NCBI GenBank assembly: GCA_949358305.1
Contig: OX442314.1
Coordinates: 22,382,001-22,446,000, forward strand
DNA from: Strigamia acuminata
Taxonomy: Eukaryota
Reading direction: 5' to 3'
DNA length: 64,000 bases
In this document: in pieces, positions 13,053 through 25,200 of the stretch
How positions within the stretch are numbered: position 1 is the stretch's first letter
How the letters are laid out: the number at the start of each line of letters is the position of its first letter
Notes under the pieces: generated by a model
What the model saw: the letters and a program-made list of their open reading frames with translations, nothing else
Database searches by the model: none
Told to the model about the DNA's origin: nothing
Made by a program: the position numbers and the translations under genes

Positions 13053-14041
13053 TAAGTTAAGTCGTGGTAAACAAATTTGTGTTGACTTTATTGGGGTGTT
13101 GGTCAATTTCGATGCTTGGTTGGATTGAGCAGTGCGCATTTCGTATTGATTGTCTAACATTTACATTGCATTTCAAATAAATTGCCATTTAAATAGATTA
13201 AATTTGACGATGTTCAGAGATTGCTAAAATCAACTTCGGATTGATAAAATATATTTTCTGAAAAAACAAATATGAATAAATGTATTTTCCAAATGAAAAA
13301 CATTGAAATAAAAAAAAATGTACTTTCAAATAAAATAAAAGAAAAAAAATGTCTACACTCAAATAAAAAACTAACTCTTTAATTTAAGAGTTCTGTAAAT
13401 CAATATTTACCCTTCTTATTTTCAAAGACCTCTTCTGACATCTTTAAATTATATAAAAAAAATCACCCCAAAAGGATGTCAAAAGGGTCTAAAACACAAT
13501 ACAAGCCAGAAAAATAATTTCAACCACTGCAGGGTTGCTTTAATCAATCTGTCACTCTAAGTAATACAATTGTCAAAAAACACGTTTCAAATAAATCATA
13601 TTAACCGCTTCAATGCATATTATTGAGTTAAATTTTTAGCCGAAGTAACTTCCAAACTATCTCACCTAAAGCTCTGAAAATGTGCCAACTTTAAACAAGT
13701 TTATGAACCCAGCTGTGTATATCAACTAGGAAACCCATTATCATTACCTTAACCGCCCTTTGCAGCAAATTTTAATATTCTGTTTTTTAATAAACTCCAT
13801 TAATAAAGTTTATTGAGCAATAAACTGGAATAAATTCCCAACATGATTATTATTAAAGGACAAATTGTTTAATTAAAATGATAAGCAGGTAGAAAATTTA
13901 AAATAAAGTTATGAAATGTGAAATATTTCAAAACTTGCACAAATAGTTAAAATATTTTCACATTTATCAATCATAATCCGAAGGAATTTTTGCTACTTTC
14001 TATTTCATGTCGTTTAATTTAATTTCCTCTTTTCTTTTCAG

Positions 14042-14508
14042 TTGCTGTTGTAGTGGCTTTCTTTATCTGCTGGGCGCCATTTCACGCGCAACGACTACTC
14101 GCCATCTACGCCTCGCACCCGCCCTCGCCAGTGGTAATTGAAACATACAACATTTTAACTTACATGTCGGGAGTTTTGTATTATATCAGTGCAACCATTA
14201 ATCCTATTTTGTACCATATTATGTCACGCAAGTTTCGCCGAGCATTTCGTGACACTTGTTGCTGTAAAAACAGACAGCAAAACACTCCCACGACTTGTTT
14301 TTCGCTTCAACGTTTACCTAGTAATAGAAATAATGTGGACATGACTGAGACAACTTTGGTTGCAAAAAACTTACAAGACAGCATTAGTAATAGTAGTTTA
14401 CACGTAACCGATGACGACGCCTACACGCCGGCCGAATTGAGTTCAATGATGGCGGAGATTAATGAGCAAAGGTGTGTACATGTCGGTGAATCCAATCGTC
14501 AAATATAA
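14042..14508 (+). CDS. Terminal exon (TM6-TM7 and C-tail) of a class A neuropeptide GPCR, PRXamide family (pyrokinin/PBAN/CAPA/neuromedin U receptor-like)
   Basis: Polypyrimidine tract and AG acceptor at 14040-14041. VAVVVAFFICWAPFHAQRLL (TM6) and YYISATINPILYHIMSRKFRRAF (TM7, NPxxY, helix 8). No upstream exons recognised within the window. Confidence 0.85.
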
Positions 14509-15633
14509 ATTAATTATGTCCTTTATAAAGCATTCATAATTAAAGTACGTAGATTCCGTTAAAATCGCCATTTTCGTCACGTCGAATCGGAATCAACATG
14601 CGCCAATAATTAAATTCCCTGGCGGGAGAGTGCAGCAACGAGATGAGGGTTTTTTATTTTTAATTTGCGACGTTGTAACTCGGAAAAATACATGACAGCA
14701 ATTCGTTTAACTCGTAAGTAAGTAATGTAGTTTATTGTCTATAAATTATGTTGTCGTGTCGGCAGCTGAAAATTTCTCATTTTACTCTGAATAAAGTATG
14801 TTGAATACTGTATTTGAAATAATTATTCCAAACTTATATCATTCATCTTACCCACACAAACAAATGTAAGTATTGTTTATTAAGTTTCAAGTTGGCCATG
14901 AGATTTAAAAATGAATTGCAAAAGAAAAGAAAACAACTAAAGCACAAACTTTTAAAAACATGAATAGATGAGATCAAACACAAAAACTGTTGAGGTAGCA
15001 AAGATGGAAATAAAAATGTTGTAATAATTGTACAAGGAACATGTATAACAACAAATAACAACAATATAATAATTAATAATGAGCCAATATAATAATACTT
15101 GTAATAATAATAGTTGTAATAATGATGACATTTCAATCTGATATAAAAACTTAACAAAAATGGAACCCAACGATTTCAACAAGAGGCCAATGATTATTCA
15201 AAAAAAATAAAAAGAAATAAAAATTCTTGTTAAAAAATTGACTGCTTATCAGTTCAAAAAACTGACTCGACACATTTTATGGTCGAAGGATTTGGGGGAA
15301 TGAGATTCTGGGGAAGTGGTGTTGAATAATAACCACATCAAAGCCATTCTTGTGAAATCAAGTGACGGAACAATCAACAAACACAAACGCCCTTGTGGTG
15401 TTGAATTTACGTTCAAAAACAGCACAATGTTGTAACGTAAATAAGCTTAAACTGACAGCAAGCCAGAGCACAAACAGCCTTTGAGGACCCCAAAAAGGTC
15501 CAAAAAATGTATTACAGTATCATGAAGAAGACAAACACTGGAGTTTTGAGGCGTTAAAATTGCCAGAAAATATTTTCTATCTCAAATTCATAAAGTTTGA
15601 TTCACACAGTCTTCAATACACCAAAAGGCAAAT

Positions 15634-16035
15634 CAGGGCCAGATTTACTGTGGCGCAGGCCTCGGGAAGAAAAGTTTGGAAAATTCAGACAGACAATCTA
15701 ATTTGAACCTTAGTTTCATTCATATTGCCAAAATTTATAGAAAGGGGAATCACACGGCAAGCCCCTTTGATTTCTTTCATCTGCTTCAGTATGGATATGT
15801 CCGCGTACTTTGACATTGAGGATTCTATGTAAATCCTTGTGTCAATAACTCAAAAACACATGCTCTAAAATACGCACCGAGCACATTTCTTATTCAAATT
15901 CAATCTGCATTAAACGAATCTGGGTTCATGTCGAAAGAAACGACTCGAAAACATCGTTAAAATTACACCCCTGAAGTTTACATTTATACTGGCATGATCT
16001 TGGTGTTTTGATGAAGGTTCCGGTCACTGGCCCTG
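15634..16035. mobile_element. hAT-like MITE
   Basis: TIR CAGGGCCAG / CTGGCCCTG. 8-bp flanks AGGCAAAT / ATGCAAAT (7/8 identical). Confidence 0.55.
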
Positions 16036-16214
16036 ATGCAAATACAGCACCTGCAATCCATCGGAGGATTTACCATATATAACCATTGATCTCTTGTTAA
16101 ATCTTGACAACGAGTTCAGCTTTGACAGATAAAAATATCAACAAATATATAATAAACGAGCATCAATTATCATTATTTTTGGTACCAGTGATTAAATATT
16201 AAATATTGAATATT

Positions 16215-19200
16215 TTATACATAACTTTTAAGATATGAAGAATTGAACATTCCTGCAGATGGCACTGAGCTGGTTTCATCACTGCACTTGTACTGAGGGT
16301 TAGTAACATAAACCTCATTTTCAGGACTAGTATCAATTTTTAAACTGTCCAATGGAACGTAGCCGCAGTCGACTGGCGGCTTTTCTACCGGACATCTTCC
16401 AACGCAAGAGTAGAACTCGGTCAACGGAGTTCCAACGGGCGCTGGCAAGCGAGTCTTTTTACTTGGCGGCTGATTGGCTGACAGCACTTTGAGTTTTGAT
16501 GCCAATCGAGGAAACGTGGCACAATTATTGTATGATTGTGGTATCGCTGGAGACGGGGCAGTCAATAAAGAACTAATTGAGCCTATTTTAGAATAGCCAC
16601 ACTCCTTGAGCGGCGAATCATTCTTGGATGATATCGGCGTGAGATAATCATCGGATGGATCCTCGCATGAATTTACAAAGGTCACTTGGGCGTAATTAGT
16701 CTCACCGCTTGGTGCGGCCACCATTTCGTCTACTTTTGGTAAACTTGGACACTTGTTTCGACCGTTCAATGAAAGACTTTTCCATTGCGGCTCTACAAAT
16801 ACTGAATCTGGCGATGCTGGCACTGGCAGGTCCATTTCCGTGCCCGAGTCGACGCTTAAGTGGGTGCGATTAGTTAATGAAGAAGATACGCTCTCGTGTC
16901 CGCAACTGCTGCAGCCACTGCTGTCCCCACTTAAGTTGCGACGGTTTTTGTCCGAACAGGAATTTTTCGAATTAAAAATAAGCTGCAAAAATATTGAAAA
17001 AATTGATTAATTAAACAAGTATAAAATTAAATTTCAATGTAATCATAGCAACTATTGCTATTGCTTGATTGGAGTGAATCAGAAGAATTTCAGGCAAAAC
17101 AATCACTTCTATTAATTACAACCTACAATGGATGAGCATAGCAACTGTAACCATGAGCAACAATAAAGGGTTTCATAAATGACACGCTGCAGCGCTGAAG
17201 TGCTTGTTCCAATAATCACAATCACTGCATTATTGAGGACCCACACCAGGTCCGAGTGATTATTTTGCATGTCACATGACTTTTATTACACTTTTTGTTA
17301 TTTATTTATTTTATTTTTGTTATTTATTTAATTGTTTTTGTTAAATTAAATTGATTATTTATTTTTATTTATTTAATAATTTACAACAAACTCTCTTTTT
17401 CTTAGTTTAAGCATTCTTCAGCACTAATAACTCCTTTTCAGACGATAAGTGCTGAAGCTATTATTCATGTGATTGGCCCACACAGGTCACATGATAATGG
17501 CCTCAGCAGAATAATAGTCATAATCACTTCAGCGTCTTCAGCGCGAAATGCCCCCTTTCGCCGAAATGCCCCCTTTCGCCGAAATGCCCCCTTTCGCCGA
17601 AAATGAAAAAAGAGAGTAATCGATCATTTATAAAAAAAATATCTTTCATGGTTTGAATGAACGGAATAAACGGAACTAACAGAACTAACAAAACAAATGG
17701 CACGAACATATTGAATTGCCAGAGAATGGACTTGGTTTGTATAATAGTAAATCCGTGAACGTTTTGTGAACGTTTGGAATGCTATACGTAACGCAGAATA
17801 ATCAAGCGCATAATAAATTGCGCGCTTGTGCAACTGCGGTTGTTCAAGTGCGCTAAGTTCTTATTAGCGGTTATGCAACCGCGGAAGCATGTAACCTAAT
17901 GTTAGTCAACTTCAAGTGTTTGTTGTTATTCAACCCATCGTTGTAAACATATTTTGCTGTAATTCAACCCAATATTTTAAAAATATTTTGCTGTTATTCA
18001 ACCCACCGTTTTGTACATATTTCGCTGTAATTCAACCCACCATTTTAAACACCCTCTATAGGAACACATTGATAGTGCTCACCACAACTCCACCGCATGC
18101 AGGGCATCTCGGAGTGAATGCAGCATTACGACGGCGATTTTCGCCACGGTTCTCAAATTCGTTTTACGCGTTTCTTCAAATGCGTTTTGTGCGTTTTTTG
18201 CGCGGTTGTGCAAGTTTGCAGATTAGGCGTGCACGGTTACCCAACTTGCGCTTATTTTCTAGTATTGTTAAGCATAGGCACCAATTTCTTATTTTTAAGC
18301 GCTTGATTATTGCGCGCTTATTATCAATTCCCGAATGTTTCATGAACGTTTAGTGAACATTTCGTTTATTCATTGTAATTTGTGCTAAATGGTTGAATAG
18401 TGTAAAAAATAGTGTCTAAAGTGATTTACTCGTGCCAAAATAGGTGAAAATAAATGCAAATTGGTGGAAAAGGTTACGCAGAAAAGATCAAAAAATGCAG
18501 CTTTTCTTTAAATTTCCTTATATTGGTGTAAAAATGGTGACAATGTGTAGAAATTTGTTAGAAAATGTATGGAAATTTATTAGAAAATGTGTGGAAATTT
18601 GTTATAAAATGTGTGGAAATTCGTTATAAAATGTGTGGAAATTTGTTAGAAAATGTGCGAAAATTTACAAACCAAAACTTCGAAAAAAATTGAATTTTTT
18701 TTATAATCAATCGATTACTCTCTTTTTTCATTTTCGGCGAAACGGGAATTCCCATTTCGCCGAAAATGAAAAACAAAATTTGGCAAAACGGAATTCAGTG
18801 AAACGGGATTCGGCGAAAAAGGCACATACTGTATCCTTCAGGGTCTTCAGCGTATCATTTTTTAAACCCCTTATTATACAGTATACTGATGCAGTCTTTT
18901 GGCCAAGAGCATCAGTAATAAAATATTTAATAACTACTATCGTCCAAAAAACTACAATTCTGTAGAGAAAACTAAGTAAGGCAGCCCACAATGTCACGGA
19001 TCATTCTTCATTATCTAAATACATTTAGAACATTTTCAGTTTATTAAATGGTTGGAAGTACCATTGTCAGATGACATCTGATTGCCTAGGTCAATTAAAT
19101 TAAAATGTCAACCATTTATTGATAGATCATAATAAAAGATAAACTTCATTTGATGCAGGCTCTGAACTGTTTACCTTTTTTGTAGAATTTGATCGATTTT

Positions 19201-22200
19201 TTTATTCCTCGAGATAATGGGTCAGGGTTTTGCCAGCGTTTTAAAGTGCCAGCGTTTCTGTATTCAGCGTTTTTTATTAATATATATTTTTTTGTTTTTT
19301 AATTTAATTTTGCCAGCGTTTTACGTTGCCAGCGTTTATTGTTGCCAGCGTTAATTGTTTCTAGCGTCCAATAAATTTAAATAATAAAATAATAATAATA
19401 ATTAATTTGCCATTTTTTATTTATTCAGCGTTTTTAAATTTGTTGTTTAAATTTAAATTGCCTGAGTTTTTGTTTTTAGCGTTTTTTTTGTTTTTATTTT
19501 ATTTTTTAAATTCAGAGTAAACTAAAACAGTTTTATGTCCAGTTAAAATCACCTGCCTGCAAGACAGGCAGTTATTTTTGACTATTTCTTTAAGGATTCC
19601 GGATATTTGGGTGTATTTCCGTCCCGATATCGAAAAAACGTTTCGGCATGCCAATGGTAGTGACCAGCTTGATCAACTGGTGTGTTAAATCGTGTAATTA
19701 TGGTGGTTTGCACTAATCCAGTCATATTGAATTGATTGAAAGTAAGATGCTGGCAATGATAATTTCGGCAATCAAGTGACATTATACAGTATATCCCCTG
19801 TCATGTGTGCAGCCTTGGACATAAAAATTGTCCCAGTTTAGCTTGAAGCTCTCCTGCAGAATGAGCGTTTTCGGCTGTATCCACCGATAAGGTGTGACAA
19901 ATTGACACATCTGGGGTTTAGATGACACAACAAACCCAACAAAATCCAACAACGATACCCCAATAAAATCCACTAATACCAACCCACTAACAACCAACCC
20001 GAAAATCCGAAAAACAACAACAAACAAATAACAACGTTGCACGTACATGCGACGTGCAACAAATGCGTATACGGACGCGGGAATTAAATACGCTGGCACA
20101 AAAAACGCTGGCGTTTAAAACGCTGGCACAAAAAACGCTGGCACTGGAAACGCTGGCACTAGAAACGCTGGCAAACAAAACGCTAAAATCAAATCGAATA
20201 TAAACGTTATTTATTAAATAATTAAAACGCTGAAATTGAAAACGCTGGGAAAAAAAAAAATATATTGCAAAAACGCTGAAAATTAAAACGCTGGCAGTCC
20301 AAAACGCTGGCAACGCTGTGCACCGAGATAATGGCACTATACTATAGTAACCGTATATATTTAACTTAATATAATATCCCGTTATTGAGGTCTGTGGGAC
20401 AACTTTCTTGAGGACCCAACCTTGCATTCGCACTGATAACAGAAAACGATTGAAAACCCAATTGAGTTGGTCGATTTTCTCGGCATAGGAACATTACCAA
20501 AACCAGACGAGTGGAAAAACAAATGTGATTCCCAGCGGGTCACCCACCCAAGTACTGACCAGGCCCAATGCTTCTTAACTTTAACTTTTGTGCTCTTACG
20601 AGAACAGGTGATCAGCATAAGCCAATTACTATTGATTCAGCCTATCAATTTGCTGTAAAAGCTTAAGTTGTTATTCAATTGACACCATAGCTACAAAACA
20701 TACTCAGAAACTCCTTTAATCTATTTGAAAAGCATGGAAAAGGTTTGTAGCCTCTATGTGTGGCCTAAGTGCATTGTACACCAAAGCACATCAATAAAAT
20801 GATGCTGTGTGCTCTGGTATACATTGAAAACAATTTTTTTTAAGGAATACAGTACGGTATATAACAAAAATATTCATCTTCCTATAAAAAAAGGCAACAA
20901 TCAGTTATAATTTATTTATTACTGCTCCAATAAAAGTGAATTTTTTTTGTATATTTTAGTTATACATATATAAAGTGTTGAAGGTTCAGGAAACGAAAAA
21001 CCAAACTTTTAAAATAGATCTCTACCTCTATAAAGATCACAAATGAAACAATATACTTTTATTTAATACACATTATTCTTAATTAAATGTGAATTCATTT
21101 CACTGACCGCTACTTTCCCTAGTTCAAAACGTTATTGGCACCAATGATGTCATCAGCCCCACACAAGCACGAGCACGAGTGCATACAAACACGTTGTTAG
21201 CAGAGGCATCGGTGTGAGAAGAAACTTCTTTGCTTAAAATTTTAAGGGTTTTCTTCCCCAGGCATGAAACCGATTGAATATTTGTGGTATTACTTGAAAC
21301 GGATTGTTTCAGATGTTACCAAAGACCTAACCTACTGATGCCCAGGGGGTGAATAATTCTCTTTACATACAGAACTGTGTTTTCTCCTCAGATATTCTCT
21401 TGCTGATAATTGGTATCAGCAAACGTGCTTATCGATCAAGTTCAATGTTAAATATACTACAGGTCAAACCTCGCTACTATGAACAGGTCGGGAGAGCAAA
21501 AAATGGCTTATAATAGCAAGAGTTCTTAACAAAGAGTATTTCGTTATAACAAGAAAAATCTAAGAAACTTAAGAAACACAAATTACAAAAATTAGAAAAA
21601 TTGTAGCAAAGATGATTCTAGCATTTTTGGATGCATTTTCTCATGATTTTGACATTTTACATGTATTTACTCAAGATTTTGACATTTTACAAATATTTTC
21701 TAATGATTTTGACATTTTACATGTATTTTTTCATGATTTTGACATTTTATATGTATTTTCTCATGATTTTGACATTTTACATGCATTTTCTCACGACGTT
21801 TTTAAGAATTTTCTCATGATTTTGACATTTTTAAGAATTTTCTCATGGTTTTGATGTCTTTAAGTGTATTTTCTTAAGAATCCTGCAATTTTTGTATATT
21901 TTCTCAGTTCTGATGTACAGTACATCAAAATGCATCATATTAAGAAGACACTTTAAAAATGTCAAAATAATGATAAAATACACATAACATCAAAATTATA
22001 AGAAAAAACACTTTGGAACGTCAAAATCACGAGAAAAAACACAAAAATGTCAAAATTATGAGTAAATGAGGCCATTTTTAACCGGAAATGTTCGCAATAA
22101 TGAAGTATTTGCGTATTACTGGTGCATTTCTGGTTCGTTATAGTGAAATTTCTTAATAACAAAATTTTGTTATGACGAAATAATTTAACATGGGAGAAAT

Positions 22201-25200
22201 AGGGCAGACACAAAACAACCAAAAAAATTGTTATAGCGAGGAATTCGTTGTATTGGTGTTCACAATAGCAAGGTTCAGTCTATACATGGTGAAAGAAATT
22301 TAGGGTTTCTCCTACACGGTTTCATGTATTGCATGCCCAATGAAGCCAAGATGATCAACAAAGTAATTCAAAGGCTTTTTCTCTCATTTCAAATCAATCA
22401 TAAAGGTTGGTTTGTTTACAAGCGAAGTATTTATTAATCTCAGAAAATGTTACTTTTCAAGCATTCCTTTCCTCTCAATGCTCAATCTTTTCAAGCTTGG
22501 TGACACCAGAATTGGTTTTCGCTGTAAAAACCAAGACAAGCCATAAAAAACTTTAAAAACTATGCCAGCTGTGGTTATTGCTTTGCACTTTTTGACCACA
22601 GTTTATGTCTGTTTTTGATTTCCAATCAGAACAACTTATCGTAAACTAAAATGTCAGACAAGCCTAATATTTTCCAAAACTATACTATAGGCCTACTATT
22701 GTATTATTTTTGAGTTAGAAAGTTTCTCCAGTCACAAGTACTGTTTCCAGATACAGATAAGATTCCCAGTAGGCCTGTTCATACCCATTGTTCATTTTGT
22801 GCTAAACATAAGGGCGCCACAAGTTATAGGGCTTGAATAAAACGAGTCTCTCAAGTCAATAAGATCCCCTGCATGTTTATTCGGTGGCATGCCCTTAAAA
22901 ACGCAACTTAAAAGCACTCTGGTCAAACTCACTGTTTAGTGGCATGCCACTAAAAGCGCATCAATTCAGACCATTTGACAATTATTTGACAACCCCATCT
23001 TACTTAAACATATGTGAGCAATATAATTGTTTCTCAATTGATAATTTGTTAGCGCTTTTATTTAATTTGTACAATAAGATTGAAAACTTAACATTTAATA
23101 ACACCTCTTCTCTGAAATTGCTACTGCAGAAAGAATTGTAGACAATTATTACATGGCACCATGCTGTGAAAAGAATCCACTTCTATTACCAAAACCTGAT
23201 CATTTTCTTTCAATTTGGTTCAACCTAGGACGATTAATCGTCCTAGGTTCAACATTGAGAGCCATTATTCTTACTCAATAAAGTATACTTCAAGCTGACC
23301 AAAATCAATTTTCATGAAGTTGTGGGATATGTATGTTTATGTATACAGTTCTCCAGAGCTGATTTTTTCCCAAAAAATCAATTTAAAGCTCCCGAACTTC
23401 AGTTTTAACATTGTATTAAAATTGTTTCTGAACCAGTAAACATGCCTAAGCCCAACTTAATTACACAGGGGAATGCAAACAAACAAAATAAAATTATTGG
23501 AATTTTGCAACAAAGTTAATTTAAAAAAAAAGATATTGCAAAAACAATTTACTTAATTAACAAAACACCGACATTGCAATTAGTAAACATAATAAACTGT
23601 TAGCGTAATTTCATCTACCTCTTTGCCTTTAGCTAAGAAAACTCAAATACCATAAATAATTTTTACGTTCAACAGGTCATTGCGCTAGTGTATTCTATAT
23701 GTAACTTCAGATTAGCTGAGAGTTGTCTATACTGTAGATTAGGGGTTCCCAAACTTTTTAGCATCCCAAGGCATTCTTCGCGCCCCACTTCATCTACCGG
23801 TGCATTAAATTTTTCAAAAATTAACTACTAAAAAGAAAAAAGAAAGATACTCCGTAAAAAAAGAAATTTTGCATAAAATTTTACATAAGTTTGCAAAAAA
23901 TAATTTTTGTGCACTATTCTAGGGGGACAAACCGGACAACGTTTTATTTTTGCAACAACGCGGTATTGGGAAAAAAAGGCGCACAAGCATACATAGCAGC
24001 ATTAAGATATTAGGACTAATAACGTTAAAATTAAATAAATAAGCATCAATAAACTCAATAACAAAAGTAATTTACAGCAATACAGCATGGTATCGAAATA
24101 TTGTAAATTTATTCCCTTTGTGTGCAACAAGCTTGACAAACGCCGTGTTAAATACATTTACACGAAGATAAACCAGCGTGAACAATACAGGAAGTTATAG
24201 TTTCAGAAGTATATTTATCGTCGGTGGGGACCTTCTCACAGCCTTTTTTGTCAACCCTATTTGTTAACATCAAAGAAAGATTCCCGGATAAAGCAGCATC
24301 CACTAAGCTGTTGTAAATAACAGCAATACTTCCATTACTCTATCTTAAAATTTTCCTATTACTTGAGATAAGTGAGAAAAACTGCAGGCAAAAGAACTTC
24401 TTGCTACAACAAGGACAACAATGGCAAAACTAACAAGTACCTAGCGTTCAACCAGAACTGGTCACCCTACCTATGCACAATATTGATTGGCTGGAACTTT
24501 ATAAATATCAACTCTCAATCATGACTTGGTGATACATTGCCTTTCATGCATAAAATTGCTTTTTTTGGGCTTGAAGGTGAGTTGGAAAGATTGTAATTTG
24601 TTTTAATTAATGGCTTGAACTCTCAAGTAACCTTCTCGTGTGTTTGCTTGAATGCACTGTGTTTAGCAAAAACATGTCAAAGATTGTAACAAGAATCATA
24701 CGATGTAAATTGATCCTCTTTGACATTACCCGGGGATGACACAAAGTTTTCAAAGTCGTCTTAAACTTAAAGCCCGTGACTTCCAGTGCTGCCTCACTGC
24801 AGCTAAAACGATTTCTCCAAATTAAATGACGCTTGTATTGTTTCAAAACAACCAGGGAGTGCTTCACTATTACAATGTGAAAAATCAATTCCTGAGGTGT
24901 CACAAATCGCACTCAGGAATTCCTTCAGTGGTAGTTTTAGGTGTAGGCGAGAGATGGCTTTGGCCTGGAGCTTCGCATTTTTCAGTTACGTTTCACCGAA
25001 GTTAGTTACACGTGATTTTACTTTACAGTAAGGTGGGGTGAAGGGCTCGCCGGTCTGGACCCTCACATTTCCCTAAAGCCTTGCAGTCTAAAACCGACAC
25101 TTGGTTCCTTCTTTGAAATATTTCGTACAAAGTAGCAAAAACTGGGTGACATTTTCAAATCTGAAATTGAGTTTTGTCTTTCCTTTTGCTCTCTAGTAGG

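Noticed and set aside
20528..20622. Functional 5S rRNA gene
   Set aside because: Diverged, lacks the terminal stem and the poly-T terminator, and continues into a shared non-5S body.
21612..21860. Regular 30-bp array with open frames, superficially CRISPR-like or a repeat protein
   Set aside because: Head-to-tail tandem units with no unique spacers, inside a MITE in a eukaryotic intron.
23740..24470. hAT-like end motifs (TAGGGGTTCCCAAAC; TAGGGGGACAAA...TGGTCACCCTA)
   Set aside because: The ends pair poorly and no convincing TSD was found. Probably decayed fragments.
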